Assembly: GCA_964222325.1 (NCBI GenBank)
Contig: CAXQBC010000013.1
Location: 59,072 to 123,071, forward strand
Direction: 5' to 3'
Length of the DNA stretch: 64,000 nucleotides
Origin: Alteriqipengyuania sp.
GTDB lineage: Bacteria > Pseudomonadota > Alphaproteobacteria > Sphingomonadales > Sphingomonadaceae
Both the position numbers and the translations under genes were made by a program. This document shows, in pieces, positions 18,185 to 27,826 of the stretch. Position 1 is the stretch's first letter, and each line of letters starts with the position of its first letter. The notes under the pieces were generated by a model. The model had not been told where the DNA came from. It was given only the letters and a program-made list of their open reading frames with translations, and did not search any database.

Positions 18185-18976
18185 ATGGCCGATTACAACA
18201 CCATCCGTGTCGACCAGACGGGGGGCGTCGTCACCCTGACACTGAACAAGCCCGAAAAGATGAATGCGATGAGCACGGATATGGCTGCGGAGATCACGGC
18301 CCTGTTCGATGCCTTGCCCGGAATGGGCGCCCGGGCCCTCATCATCACCGGCGAAGGCCGCGGGTTCAGTTCTGGCGCGGACCTCAGCGGTCGCGGCTTC
18401 GATGGTGGCAAGCCGGGCGATGCCTCGCGTCGGTCTCTGCAGCATCATTATAACCCGCTGATGCACGCGCTGGCTGGGCTCGACATACCCGTTGTGACGG
18501 CAGTGAATGGCGCGGCAGCGGGGATCGGCTGCACGCTGGCGCTGTCGGGCGACCTGATCGTGGCGGGCAAGTCCGCCTACTTTTTGCAGGCTTTCGTCAA
18601 TATCGGGCTCGTCCCCGATGGCGGCGCAACCTGGGTGCTGCCCAAGTCGGCGGGCATTCCAGCGGCGATGGAAGCGATGCTGCTAGGCGAGCGCATCCCG
18701 GCAGAGCGCGCCTACGAACTCGGCATGGTCAACCGCTGCGTAGAGGACGACGCAGTGTTGGACGAGGCGCGGGCTCTCGCAGAGCGGCTGGCAAATGGCC
18801 CAACCGTGGCAATGGGCCTGATCCGCAGGCTGGTGCGCAATGCGCAGTCGAGCAGCCTGTCAGACGCAATGAATGCCGAGGCCGAAGCGCAGCGAGTCGC
18901 GGGCAATAGCGAGGACTTTATCGAAGGCGTGACGGCGTTCCTCGGCAAGCGCGAGGCGCAGTTCAAAGGAAAGTAG
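18185..18976 (+). CDS. Enoyl-CoA hydratase/isomerase family protein
   Basis: 263 aa from MADYNTIRVDQTGGVVTLTLNKPEKMNAM. Contains GEGRGFSSGADL and VNGAAAGIG motifs. Confidence 0.85.
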   Translation: MADYNTIRVDQTGGVVTLTLNKPEKMNAMSTDMAAEITALFDALPGMGARALIITGEGRGFSSGADLSGRGFDGGKPGDASRRSLQHHYNPLMHALAGLDIPVVTAVNGAAAGIGCTLALSGDLIVAGKSAYFLQAFVNIGLVPDGGATWVLPKSAGIPAAMEAMLLGERIPAERAYELGMVNRCVEDDAVLDEARALAERLANGPTVAMGLIRRLVRNAQSSSLSDAMNAEAEAQRVAGNSEDFIEGVTAFLGKREAQFKGK

Positions 18977-18996
18977 CACAAGCCATTCGGAGCGAT

Positions 18997-19087
18997 CCGT
19001 TCGCCCTGAGCCTGTCGAAGGGCTGCACTTTTTTCGGGCGCGGATTTCAAAAGAAATGCAGTGCTTCGACAAGCTCAGCACGAACGG
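18997..19087. repeat. ~92-bp palindromic intergenic repeat, copy 2 (opposite orientation to copy 1)
   Basis: CCGTTCGCCCTGAGCCTGTCGAAGGGCTGCAC ... GTGCTTCGACAAGCTCAGCACGAACGG. It fills the gap between two convergent genes. Confidence 0.7.
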
Positions 19088-19094
19088 AATTAAA

Positions 19095-19991
19095 TCAATT
19101 TCCCGACCGGGCAATTAAACTCCGCGCCTGTTTCAGGTGCGGGATATCGACCATCTCGCCATCCAGTTGCAGCGCGCCTGTATCGGGATTCGCCTCGAAC
19201 AGCGCGACGATCCTGCGTGCACGTTCCAGCTCTTCATCGGATGGAGTGAAAGCGCGATTGATCGGCCCGACCTGTGCCGGGTGGATCGCCATCATCCCGC
19301 GAAAGCCCACTTTGCGCGCGTCTGCCGGCACCTTCGCCATCCTCTCGGCATCGCGGAAATTGGGATCGATCGTCTCGATCGGAGCGATCCCTGCCGCATG
19401 CGCACCCGCCAGGCAGAGCGTTCGGGCGAGTGCGAAGGGCTCGAGCAGCTGGCCATGGGCGTCGCGGTTGGCCGATGCGCCGAACGCCGCAGCAAGGTCT
19501 TCCGCGCCCCATGTCAGCGCATCGAGCCGGGGCATGCCCGCATAATCGCCCAGCCGGAACAGAGCGGGCGCGGTCTCGGTCGCGACCACGATCATGCGGA
19601 TCGACTCGCGCTCGATCCCTGCCGCGGCCTCCAGCGCAGTGAGGTAATGGCCCAGCAAGACCGCCTCATCCGGCGTTGCCTTGGGCAGCATGATCCCGTC
19701 TGGCCGATGCTTCACGATGGCAACCAGATCGGTCAGCGTATGCGGCGTATCGAGTGGATTGACGCGAACCCATAACGGCTTGCCACGCTCACTCTTCTCC
19801 AGCGCTTCGGCCACATGCACGCGCGCCTCCGGCTTGGCGCTCTCGGCAACGGAATCTTCAAGGTCGAGGATGATGAGGTCCGCGTCGCCACCCAATGCCT
19901 TTTCCAGCTTGCGAGGGCTGTCTCCCGGCACGAACAGCAGGGACCGCGCAGCCCACGGGCGAATATCGGATTGAGGCAAGGAACTGGTCAT
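19095..19991 (-). CDS. HpcH/HpaI aldolase / citrate lyase beta (CitE)-like protein
   Basis: 298 aa. LLFVPGDSPRKLEKALGGDADLIILDLEDSVA is typical of the CitE/malyl-CoA lyase family. Confidence 0.8.
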   Translation of the reverse strand: MTSSLPQSDIRPWAARSLLFVPGDSPRKLEKALGGDADLIILDLEDSVAESAKPEARVHVAEALEKSERGKPLWVRVNPLDTPHTLTDLVAIVKHRPDGIMLPKATPDEAVLLGHYLTALEAAAGIERESIRMIVVATETAPALFRLGDYAGMPRLDALTWGAEDLAAAFGASANRDAHGQLLEPFALARTLCLAGAHAAGIAPIETIDPNFRDAERMAKVPADARKVGFRGMMAIHPAQVGPINRAFTPSDEELERARRIVALFEANPDTGALQLDGEMVDIPHLKQARSLIARSGN

Positions 19992-20041
19992 GTCACCAGC
20001 CCTAGCGTGCCCTTCGCCCGCTCACCAGTGCATGAAGCGGG

Positions 20042-20365
20042 CTAGAGGCGGCACTGTACGCTGATATTGCGGGCAATGGCCTTTCGCCGCTGCGGGTGCG
20101 CGCGATCCTGCGCGGACCAGTCGACCTGGTAATCAATCGATTCATAGATGGTGTCGCGCGGAGTCCATGAATCGGCGCATGCCATCCGTGCCGCCATCTC
20201 GACCCTTTCCGCCAGTTCCCGGCGTGCGGCATCACGATCTTCGAAGTAGCCGCTCTCGACTCCGTTGCTCACCTGCACCAGTATCGCCCGCTGGGCTTGC
20301 TGCGCTGATGCCGGACTGGCGACGAATGCGGTGAAACCGATCGCGTAAGCCAGCTTCCTGAACAT
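20042..20365 (-). CDS. Small secreted hypothetical protein
   Basis: 107 aa from MFRKLAYAIGFTAFVASPASAQ (signal peptide). The longer 20042..20749 ORF is rejected. Confidence 0.5.
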   Translation of the reverse strand: MFRKLAYAIGFTAFVASPASAQQAQRAILVQVSNGVESGYFEDRDAARRELAERVEMAARMACADSWTPRDTIYESIDYQVDWSAQDRAHPQRRKAIARNISVQCRL

Positions 20366-20705
20366 GTTCCTATCCCCCTTCGCGATCGGCCAGGGATCGC
20401 GCGGAGGAAACGTTGCAAGCGAAGCGGTTCTGGTCAAGTTTGCCCCGAACGGCTGGCGCACAGTGAAACGCCCGATAGCGATGGATGGACGTGCATCTGC
20501 AAGCGACCGGACCGAAATACCTGTCTCGACCGCCCCCGCTCCAGTGCCGCGAAAGATTTTGCGAGCCATGGCGGCAATAGTAGCGTAAGGGGCCTCCAAC
20601 TGCGCCGGACGCAAAGAACCCGGCGCCCCCTCATTCCGCACTTTTGCTGACCAAATCCAGCCGCCTGGTTTCCAGCGCGCGTGCATTGATTCCCAAGGTT
20701 TAGCC

Positions 20706-22466
20706 ATGAATTTCAACTCACTGCCCGACACCCTGCAATCCGCACTCACCGAGCGCGGCTATTCCGAGCCGACGGACGTGCAGGCTGCTGTGCTGAAACC
20801 AGAGGCCCAAGGCCGCGACCTCGTTGTCTCGGCGCAGACAGGCTCGGGCAAGACGGTCGCTTTCGGTCTGGCCTTCGCACGCGAGCTGCTGGACGATGGC
20901 GGGAAGGTTCCTTTTCCCGGCGCGCCGCTCGCGCTGGTGATCACCCCCACCCGCGAGCTTGCCTTGCAGGTGAGCCGCGAATTGTCGTGGCTTTATGCCA
21001 AAGCCGGTGGACGAGTCGCGACCTGTGTCGGGGGGATGAACCCATCGGCGGAACGCAAGGCGCTTCGCTCGGGCGCGACCATTGTCGTCGGCACGCCGGG
21101 CCGCCTGCGCGATCATCTGGAGCGTGGTGCGCTCGACCTGTCGGCCTTAAGGGCGGTGACGCTCGACGAGGCTGACGAAATGCTCGACATGGGGTTTCGC
21201 GAAGAGCTGGAGACCATTCTCGACGCGACCCCCGAAGCGCGTCGCACGTTGCTGTTTTCCGCCACGATGCCCAAGCCGATCGAGGCGTTGGCCCGCCGCT
21301 ACCAGAGCAATGCCCTGCGCATCTCAACGGTCAGCGCCGATCGCGGTCACGGGGACATTTCCTATGAAGCAGTCGTAATATCTCCCCCCGAGGTGGAAAA
21401 CGCGGTCGTCAACCTGCTGCGCTATCACGAGGCCGAAACCGCGATCCTGTTCTGCGGCACGCGCGAAAAGGTGCGCCACTTGCACGCGACCTTGCAGGAG
21501 CGCGGCTTTGCGGTGGTCTCGCTCTCGGGTGAAAATTCCCAGTCCGAACGCAACCAGGCGCTACAGGCGCTCCGCGATCGCCGGGCACGCGTGTGCGTGG
21601 CCACCGATGTCGCTGCGCGCGGTATCGACCTGCCCACGCTGAGCCTGGTGGTCCATGTCGAGATTCCGCGCGATGCAGAGACGCTGCAGCACCGGTCGGG
21701 CCGTACAGGGCGCGCGGGTCGCAAAGGAACCGCAGTGCTGGTGGTACCATTCTCGCGCCGTCGCCGCGTGGAGGCGATGCTCCGCAACGCGAAGATCGAT
21801 GCGCGATGGACCGATGCGCCCGACCGCGAGGCGATCAGGGCCAAGGACCGCGACCGGATGATGCAGACCTTGCTGACTGCGGCCGAGCCCGACGAAGAGG
21901 ACAGCGATCTGATCGACAGCCTTCTCGCACAGTGCAGCCCCCGCGAACTCGCAGCCATGTTGGTAGCCTCGCATCGCGCAAAGCTACCCGAGCCGGAGGA
22001 TCTGATCGCCAATACGCCCGAGGCACGTCGCGCGGCAAAGGCCGAAAAGCACCGCGCCGGTTTCGAAGACACGGTGTGGTTCAGGATGGACATCGGTCGC
22101 CGGCGCAATGCCGATCCTCGCTGGATCCTGCCGCTGCTTTGCCGCCGTGGCCACATCACCCGCAACGAAGTCGGCGCGATCCGCATTGGCGCGGACGAGA
22201 CCTACTTCCAGATCCCGCGCGCGATTGCGGACAGGTTTTCCGATGCGCTAGTCCGCACGGCTGGCGATGGCGACGACGGCGAGAATATCCTGATCGAAGC
22301 TTCGGCCAAGGGCCCGCGAGATGCCGCGCGCACCAACCGCAAGGGGCCTCCGCGAGGTCGGCGCAATGGCAAGCCCAAGCCTCATCGCAAGAACAATGAT
22401 GTCGGCGCAAGGCCAGGCCCGAAGGGCAAGGGTGCGCCGAAGAAGGAAAAATTCAAGAACCGGTAA
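20706..22466 (+). CDS. DEAD-box ATP-dependent RNA helicase with DbpA-type RNA-binding domain and basic tail
   Basis: 586 aa. AQTGSGKT, DEAD (TLDEADEM), SAT, HRSGRTGRAG. The C-terminus is K/R-rich. Confidence 0.9.
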   Translation: MNFNSLPDTLQSALTERGYSEPTDVQAAVLKPEAQGRDLVVSAQTGSGKTVAFGLAFARELLDDGGKVPFPGAPLALVITPTRELALQVSRELSWLYAKAGGRVATCVGGMNPSAERKALRSGATIVVGTPGRLRDHLERGALDLSALRAVTLDEADEMLDMGFREELETILDATPEARRTLLFSATMPKPIEALARRYQSNALRISTVSADRGHGDISYEAVVISPPEVENAVVNLLRYHEAETAILFCGTREKVRHLHATLQERGFAVVSLSGENSQSERNQALQALRDRRARVCVATDVAARGIDLPTLSLVVHVEIPRDAETLQHRSGRTGRAGRKGTAVLVVPFSRRRRVEAMLRNAKIDARWTDAPDREAIRAKDRDRMMQTLLTAAEPDEEDSDLIDSLLAQCSPRELAAMLVASHRAKLPEPEDLIANTPEARRAAKAEKHRAGFEDTVWFRMDIGRRRNADPRWILPLLCRRGHITRNEVGAIRIGADETYFQIPRAIADRFSDALVRTAGDGDDGENILIEASAKGPRDAARTNRKGPPRGRRNGKPKPHRKNNDVGARPGPKGKGAPKKEKFKNR

Positions 22467-22770
22467 TTGTAGCGAAAGGAGGACCCGATCCCCGACACGC
22501 GGATTAGGATCGGCTCATACCTTTGCTTCAGAATGGAAATTCTTCCAAACTGAAAGTTCGCGGATACGGAAAAACTGCGCCTTCCGGGCATGTGTTCCAG
22601 CTTCAATGGTGCTGGCAATGTTAGTCCAGAGCTATCCAATGTTTTCCCGGATTAACCGGGAATCGAGCCGCCGGTTTCATCGCCAGATAGCTGCTTAACA
22701 GTAAGCAGGCGTGGCGAAGTAGTGATAGACCGCCACGCGATATGCTAGCTCGGAAAGTGTCGGCTCACGA

Positions 22771-23010
22771 TCACACCTGCCTTTCACTATGCGATGATCC
22801 GGCATTTTGTCGGCTTTCCAAAATCCAGGCACCTTCCTGGGTCTGGGCGATTGTGCCGAGCGATCTTTGTCCCTCGTAAAGTTCGGCCGGCCCACTTAAC
22901 TTCTTTCGCTCCATGATCGAAAATGCTTCGTGGGCATCTTCACCCTCGAAGGAGATCGTTGTTGACGGTTTCGCGCTTCCTCCCCAGATCCGAAGTGAAT
23001 ATTTGTTCAT
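22771..23010 (-). CDS. Hypothetical small protein in a low-GC patch
   Basis: 79 aa from MNKYSLRIWGG, with GGAGG 7 nt upstream of the ATG. No family recognised. Confidence 0.35.
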   Translation of the reverse strand: MNKYSLRIWGGSAKPSTTISFEGEDAHEAFSIMERKKLSGPAELYEGQRSLGTIAQTQEGAWILESRQNAGSSHSERQV

Positions 23011-23219
23011 GCATGCCTCCATATCCCCGCGGTAAGGTTGAGTTACCAAGGGACATTATCGGCCAGACGCAAGAAGCGGGTAGGTTGCGGGCGATAGCCG
23101 GGACCACGAAGAGCCGATGTGGTGAGTACCGCAACCGTCGAACCGCCGTATAGCAGTATCGGCAAATAGAGTCGAACTGAGCCCTAGGTAGTGAGGCAAA
23201 CGGTGGAATTAAGCTAAGC

Positions 23220-23405
23220 TCAATCGTCCTTGTGTACGGGTTTTTCCTTACGCTTGGTGCTGGCGATGTCTGCCAGCTCGTCCTCACTCATCGAATCGTA
23301 CATTTCCTTGGATGCACCCTGCAATTTGCTGACCTTGGTATTGTCGCGCTTGGCGCTGAGCGCTGCACCGGCGGCCATTTGCTGAGCCTTCGATTGAGCG
23401 GGCAT
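23220..23405 (-). CDS. DUF3008 family small protein
   Basis: 61 aa. MPAQSKAQQMAAGAALSAKR...GASKEMYDSMSEDELADIASTKRK fits the DUF3008 pattern. Confidence 0.7.
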   Translation of the reverse strand: MPAQSKAQQMAAGAALSAKRDNTKVSKLQGASKEMYDSMSEDELADIASTKRKEKPVHKDD

Positions 23406-23445
23406 GACACTCTCCTCTACTTGTGTTCTGCTCTTCGCGCGGTTC

Positions 23446-24315
23446 TCAACTGGCGACTATGATCCCGCCATTGGGGTGCAAGACCTGCCCCGACATGTAG
23501 CTGGCATCGTCACAGGCCAAGAACAGGAACGCGGGGGCGACTTCATTGGGCTGGCCGGGGCGACCCATCGGTGTGTTCTTGCCGAAATCGTCCATGTCCT
23601 CGGGCGGCTGCCCGCCGTACGGATTGAGGGGGGTCCATATCGGGCCGGGAGCGACCGCATTTACCCGGATGCCGTCGCTAATCAGGTTCTCGGACAATGA
23701 CCGGGTAAATGCGCTGATTGCGCCCTTTGTGGCTGAGTAATCGAGCAAATTGTCCGAGCCCTTGTACATCGTCACACTGGTGCAGTTCACGATGGCGCTG
23801 CCTTTGCCCAGATGTGGGCGCGCAGCCTGAACCAGGAAGAACATCGAGAAGATGTTGGTTTGGAAGGTCCGTCGCAGCTGCTCCTCTGTTATGTCTTCGA
23901 TTTCCTCATCGGGGTGCTGTTCACCGGCGTTGTTGATCACGATATCCAGCCGTCCGAAGCGCTCGAGTGCGGCGGCAACCACCTCGTCTGCGAATTCCCG
24001 GCAGCCGAGATCGCCCTGCAGGCAGATCGCCTCTCGCCCCTCGTCTCTGACGATTGCCCTGGTCTTCTCCGCGTCTTCGGCTTCTTCATCGGCGAAATAG
24101 ACAATCGCAATATCAGCGCCTTCGCGCGCAAACAGCGCCGCAACGGCGCGGCCGATGCCACTGTCCGCCCCCGTCACAATCGCGACCTTCCCTTCCAGCC
24201 GACCGGAGCCGGGAAAGCGCGGCTGCCAAGCGGGCTTGTCTTCCATTTCCGATTCAGCCCCGGGCATGCGCGGCTGTTCGTCGATCTCGGGCTGGAATGT
24301 GTCGGAATCGTTCAT
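23446..24315 (-). CDS. SDR family oxidoreductase (general-stress YhxC/YdaD-like)
   Basis: 289 aa from MNDSDTF. KVAIVTGADSGIGRA, NNAG and YxxxK (YSATKGA). Confidence 0.85.
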   Translation of the reverse strand: MNDSDTFQPEIDEQPRMPGAESEMEDKPAWQPRFPGSGRLEGKVAIVTGADSGIGRAVAALFAREGADIAIVYFADEEAEDAEKTRAIVRDEGREAICLQGDLGCREFADEVVAAALERFGRLDIVINNAGEQHPDEEIEDITEEQLRRTFQTNIFSMFFLVQAARPHLGKGSAIVNCTSVTMYKGSDNLLDYSATKGAISAFTRSLSENLISDGIRVNAVAPGPIWTPLNPYGGQPPEDMDDFGKNTPMGRPGQPNEVAPAFLFLACDDASYMSGQVLHPNGGIIVAS

Positions 24316-24456
24316 AGCAGCGTAGCGTCCTGTCTTTGAAAGAGTTTGTCGTTCGGGTGCACTCGGGCAAACAATGAGCTGGAATGGGCCGCGTTTCCCG
24401 AATGGTGCCAAGCGTGCCGATGGCGCGACGAACCACCCCAATCCTCGGGGAAGGCT

Positions 24457-26973
24457 TTAGAAGTCCGGCAGGGCCTGTTCGGCAAAGCCCCACCCCGTCA
24501 GCGCCTTGCCGGCCGCGCGTACCAGCAGTTTCTCCGCATCGCCGATGGAGAACGGCTTGGCATCCTTCATGTGCTTTAGTTCTTCCCAGGTTATCGGCAC
24601 CGCCACCGGGGCGCCGCTGCGCGCGCGGGCCGAATAGGGCACCACCGCCGTGCTGCCGCGCTGGTTTCTCAGCCAGTCGATGAAGATCTTGCCCTTGCGC
24701 TTTGCCTTGCTCATCGTAGCGGTGAAGCGCTCTGGTTCGGCGAGGCTCAGCGCCTCGGCGAAGCGCTTGGCGAAGTCCTTGTGCACATCCCAGTCGTGCC
24801 CGGTGGCGAGCGGCACCACCACGTGCACGCCCTTCCCGCCGGAAAGCATCGCGAAGCTCGCCAGGCCGAGATCGGCGAGCCGGGCGCGGATGTCGCGCGC
24901 CGCTGTCTTCACGTCACCGAAATCGAGCCCTTCGTCGGGATCGAGATCGAAGATCATCCGGTCGGGCGCCTCGACATCTGCCGTGCGGCTGCCCCAGCCG
25001 TGGAACTCGATCGTCCCCATCTGCACGCATTGCAGGATACCGCGCGCATCCTCGAGGTAGAGATAGTCTTCGGTGCCGCCGTCCTTCTCACGGATCGGCA
25101 CGTGACGGACAGCATCGCCGAAAGCGCCGCTGTCGTGCTTCTGGAAAAAGCATTTTTTCGCCCGCCCCTGCGGGCAGCGGACCAGGCTGATCGGGCGCCT
25201 GGCGACGAATGGCAGCATGATCGCCTCGACCGCCTCGTAATAATCCGCCAGATCGCCTTTGGTCTGGCCGCTGTCCGGGAAGATCACGCGCTCGCGGCTG
25301 GAAATCTCGACCTCGGCCTCGGCAGCCGGAGCGGCGGCGGACTTCTCGGGGGTGGCCTCGTTCGCCTTCTTGTCGGCGCGAAGGCCGAGGAAGCTGGCAT
25401 GGCGGACATTGCCGGCCCCGGTAAACTCGGTGAAGGCGATCTCGGCAACCAGCTTCGGCGTCAGCCAAGTCACGCCGCGCGACGAGGCTTTGTCGACTTC
25501 GGCGGGAGGTGTCTTGCGCTCGAGCCGCCGCATCTTCGCCGCCAGTTCATCGAGCGTATCCGCATCGAAACCGGTGCCGACATTACCCTTGTAGACCAGT
25601 TCGTCTCCCTCATGCTGCGCCAGCAGCAGCGAGGCGAAGGGGCGCGCTTTGGCGGAACTCTTCTTCCAGCCGATCACCACGAATTCCTGCCGCCGCGTGC
25701 ATTTGACCTTGAGCCAGTTCTTCGATCGGCGTCCGGCGTAGTGGCCGTCGACCGTCTTCGAGATGATTCCCTCCTGCCCCGCCGAGCACATCGCACGATA
25801 CAGCTTCTCGCCTGCGCCGATCACATGGTCGGCGACGTGGATCGGCGCTTCGGCGGTGCCGAGCAGCGCTTCGAGACGCTCCTTGCGTTCGATATTGGGG
25901 AGCGTCGTGAGGCTCTCGCCATCCAGTTCGAGCAGGTCGAAGGCGTGCAGCGCCAGCCGGTCGCTCTCGCCCTGCGCGCCGTGCCCACGCTTGAGCACCT
26001 GCTGCAAGGTCGAGAAATCGGGATTGCCCTGCGCGTCGTAAGCGACAATCTCTCCGTCGATAAGACAGGAGGGCAGATCGAGCGTGGCGAGCGCGTGGAC
26101 CAGCGGGGAGAACTTGTCGCTCCAGTCCTTGCCGTTGCGCGTATAGACGCGGACTTGATCGCCCTTGGCTGCGATCAGCGTGCGATAGCCGTCGAATTTG
26201 ATCTCGTGCATCCAACCGTTGCCGGTGGGGACATCGTCGACCAGCGTCGCCAGCTGCGGCTGGCGGTATTTGGGCAGCGGCGCGGCGCGGCGTTTCTTGC
26301 TGGGCTTGGCCTGCTTCGCATTGTGGGCCGAAGCCTTCTTCATCTGCGCCAGGAAGGCATCGTCCTCCTTGTCGGCGAGCGGATATTCGCCATTCTTGTC
26401 AGCCGCGATTTCGGCCATCGAGCGACCGGTTAGGACGCTGGTCAGTTCGCGCTCGACCAGCGCATCGCCCTCCTGCACATGGTCGTCCTGCAACTTGCGC
26501 AGCAGCCAGTTTTCGCGCTTCTCACCGGCCTTGTTCTTCAGCCGAATCAGAAGCCATTCTCCCTTCATCCGCTCACCGTCGAGCGTGAAATGCAGGTGCC
26601 CCTTGTCGAGATCCTTCGCGCTCTTGCCCTCGATCGGGGCCCAGGTGCCGCGGTCCCACAGCATCACCGTGCCGCCGCCATATTCTCCCTTGGGGATGGT
26701 GCCCTCGAACTCGGCGTAGGACATCGGGTGGTCCTCGGTCCGCACCGCGAGCCGCTTGATCTCGGGATCGGGGCTCGGCCCCTTGGTCACCGCCCAGCTC
26801 CTGAGCACCCCGTCGACCTCCAGCCGCAAGTCCCAGTGCAGCCGCGTCGCATCGTGCTTCTGGACGATGAAGAGATCGCCCCCTGCGCTGTTCTCGGTCT
26901 CGCCCGAGGGTTCGGGCGTCTTCGCGAAATCGCGCTTGGCGTTGTATTCGGCGAGGGGGTCGCGCTTGGCCAT
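24457..26973 (-). CDS. ligD: DNA ligase D (phosphoesterase-ligase-polymerase)
   Basis: 838 aa. N-terminal FIVQKHDATRLHWDLRLE (3'-phosphoesterase domain), ligase motif I EIKFDGYR, and a C-terminal primase-polymerase domain. Confidence 0.92.
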   Translation of the reverse strand: MAKRDPLAEYNAKRDFAKTPEPSGETENSAGGDLFIVQKHDATRLHWDLRLEVDGVLRSWAVTKGPSPDPEIKRLAVRTEDHPMSYAEFEGTIPKGEYGGGTVMLWDRGTWAPIEGKSAKDLDKGHLHFTLDGERMKGEWLLIRLKNKAGEKRENWLLRKLQDDHVQEGDALVERELTSVLTGRSMAEIAADKNGEYPLADKEDDAFLAQMKKASAHNAKQAKPSKKRRAAPLPKYRQPQLATLVDDVPTGNGWMHEIKFDGYRTLIAAKGDQVRVYTRNGKDWSDKFSPLVHALATLDLPSCLIDGEIVAYDAQGNPDFSTLQQVLKRGHGAQGESDRLALHAFDLLELDGESLTTLPNIERKERLEALLGTAEAPIHVADHVIGAGEKLYRAMCSAGQEGIISKTVDGHYAGRRSKNWLKVKCTRRQEFVVIGWKKSSAKARPFASLLLAQHEGDELVYKGNVGTGFDADTLDELAAKMRRLERKTPPAEVDKASSRGVTWLTPKLVAEIAFTEFTGAGNVRHASFLGLRADKKANEATPEKSAAAPAAEAEVEISSRERVIFPDSGQTKGDLADYYEAVEAIMLPFVARRPISLVRCPQGRAKKCFFQKHDSGAFGDAVRHVPIREKDGGTEDYLYLEDARGILQCVQMGTIEFHGWGSRTADVEAPDRMIFDLDPDEGLDFGDVKTAARDIRARLADLGLASFAMLSGGKGVHVVVPLATGHDWDVHKDFAKRFAEALSLAEPERFTATMSKAKRKGKIFIDWLRNQRGSTAVVPYSARARSGAPVAVPITWEELKHMKDAKPFSIGDAEKLLVRAAGKALTGWGFAEQALPDF

Positions 26974-26977
26974 GGAC

Positions 26978-27826
26978 TCAGGCGGATTTCTTGCGGGAGG
27001 TCTTCTTCGGAGTAGCCTTCTTCGCTTGGCCCTTCTTCTCGCTGCCGACCGACTTCTTCAGCGCCGCCATCAAGTCGATCACGTTGCCGCCGCTTTCGGC
27101 TGGCTCCTCGACATCTTCCACTATCTTCTTGCCGCTCTTCGACTTTGCCTTCTTGTCGATCAACTTCCTGAGCGCGCCGGCATAGCGATCCTCGAACTCG
27201 CTCGCGTCGAACGGCGCGGTCTTCTTGTCGATCAGCGTGGTGGCGAGATCGAGCAATTCCTTGTCGGGCTTGTCGTCACCGATATCGTGGAAGAAGGCCT
27301 GCCCTTTCTTCACTTCGTCGGCATAGCGCAGGGTCTCAAGCAGCAACCCATTGCCGCAGGGCTTCAATGCGACCAGCTTCTCCTGCCCGCGCACCGACAG
27401 CTGGCCGAGCCCGACCTTGCCCGCCTTGCGCAGCGCCTCGCGCAGCACCACGAACGCCTCTTCGGCCAGTTCGTCCTTGGGCGCGACGTAATAAGGCTTC
27501 TCGAAATAAAGCGGGTCAATCTCGCACGCCTCGACGAACTGAACCAGTTCGAGCGTCTTCTTGCTCTCGACCTTGACCGCCTCGATCTCGTCCTCGTCGA
27601 GCAGCACGTAGTTGCCCTTGGAAAGCTCGTAACCCTTGACGATCTCCTCGCGATCGACCGGGCCGACGCCCTGCACCACCTTCTCGTAGGAAATCCTCTT
27701 TCCGCTCGGTTCGTGGATCTGGCGAAAACTGATCTTTGCGCCGGACTTGGTGGCCGAATAGATTTCCACCGGGATCGAAACCAGCGCCAGCCTGATCTGT
27801 CCTTGCCAATACGCCCGTGCCACCAT
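26978..27826 (-). CDS. ku: Ku protein (NHEJ)
   Basis: 282 aa. MVARAYWQGQIRLALVSIPVEIYSA. Lys-rich C-terminal tail. Confidence 0.92.
   Translation of the reverse strand: MVARAYWQGQIRLALVSIPVEIYSATKSGAKISFRQIHEPSGKRISYEKVVQGVGPVDREEIVKGYELSKGNYVLLDEDEIEAVKVESKKTLELVQFVEACEIDPLYFEKPYYVAPKDELAEEAFVVLREALRKAGKVGLGQLSVRGQEKLVALKPCGNGLLLETLRYADEVKKGQAFFHDIGDDKPDKELLDLATTLIDKKTAPFDASEFEDRYAGALRKLIDKKAKSKSGKKIVEDVEEPAESGGNVIDLMAALKKSVGSEKKGQAKKATPKKTSRKKSA

Noticed and set aside
20366-20749. N-terminal extension of ORF 20042..20749
   Set aside because: The extension would overlap the helicase start. The internal Met at 20365 gives a typical signal peptide.
24316-24441. N-terminal extension of the SDR ORF
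   Set aside because: The extra 42 aa have no SDR counterpart, and MNDSDTF at 24315 is a plausible start. Not fully excluded.
24316-24456. EcfG-type general stress promoter (GGAAC-N16-17-CGTT) upstream of the SDR gene, and likewise upstream of ku (27827-28010)
   Set aside because: The best candidates were GGAAAC-N16-CATT at about 24373-24398, and GTTCC sites at 27970 and 28002 that lack a CGTT partner. None matches the consensus spacing, so none is reported as a feature.
24781-26433. 550-aa plus-strand ORF inside ligD
   Set aside because: Antisense to LigD, which has clear ligase and polymerase motifs. Low-complexity R/A/G composition.
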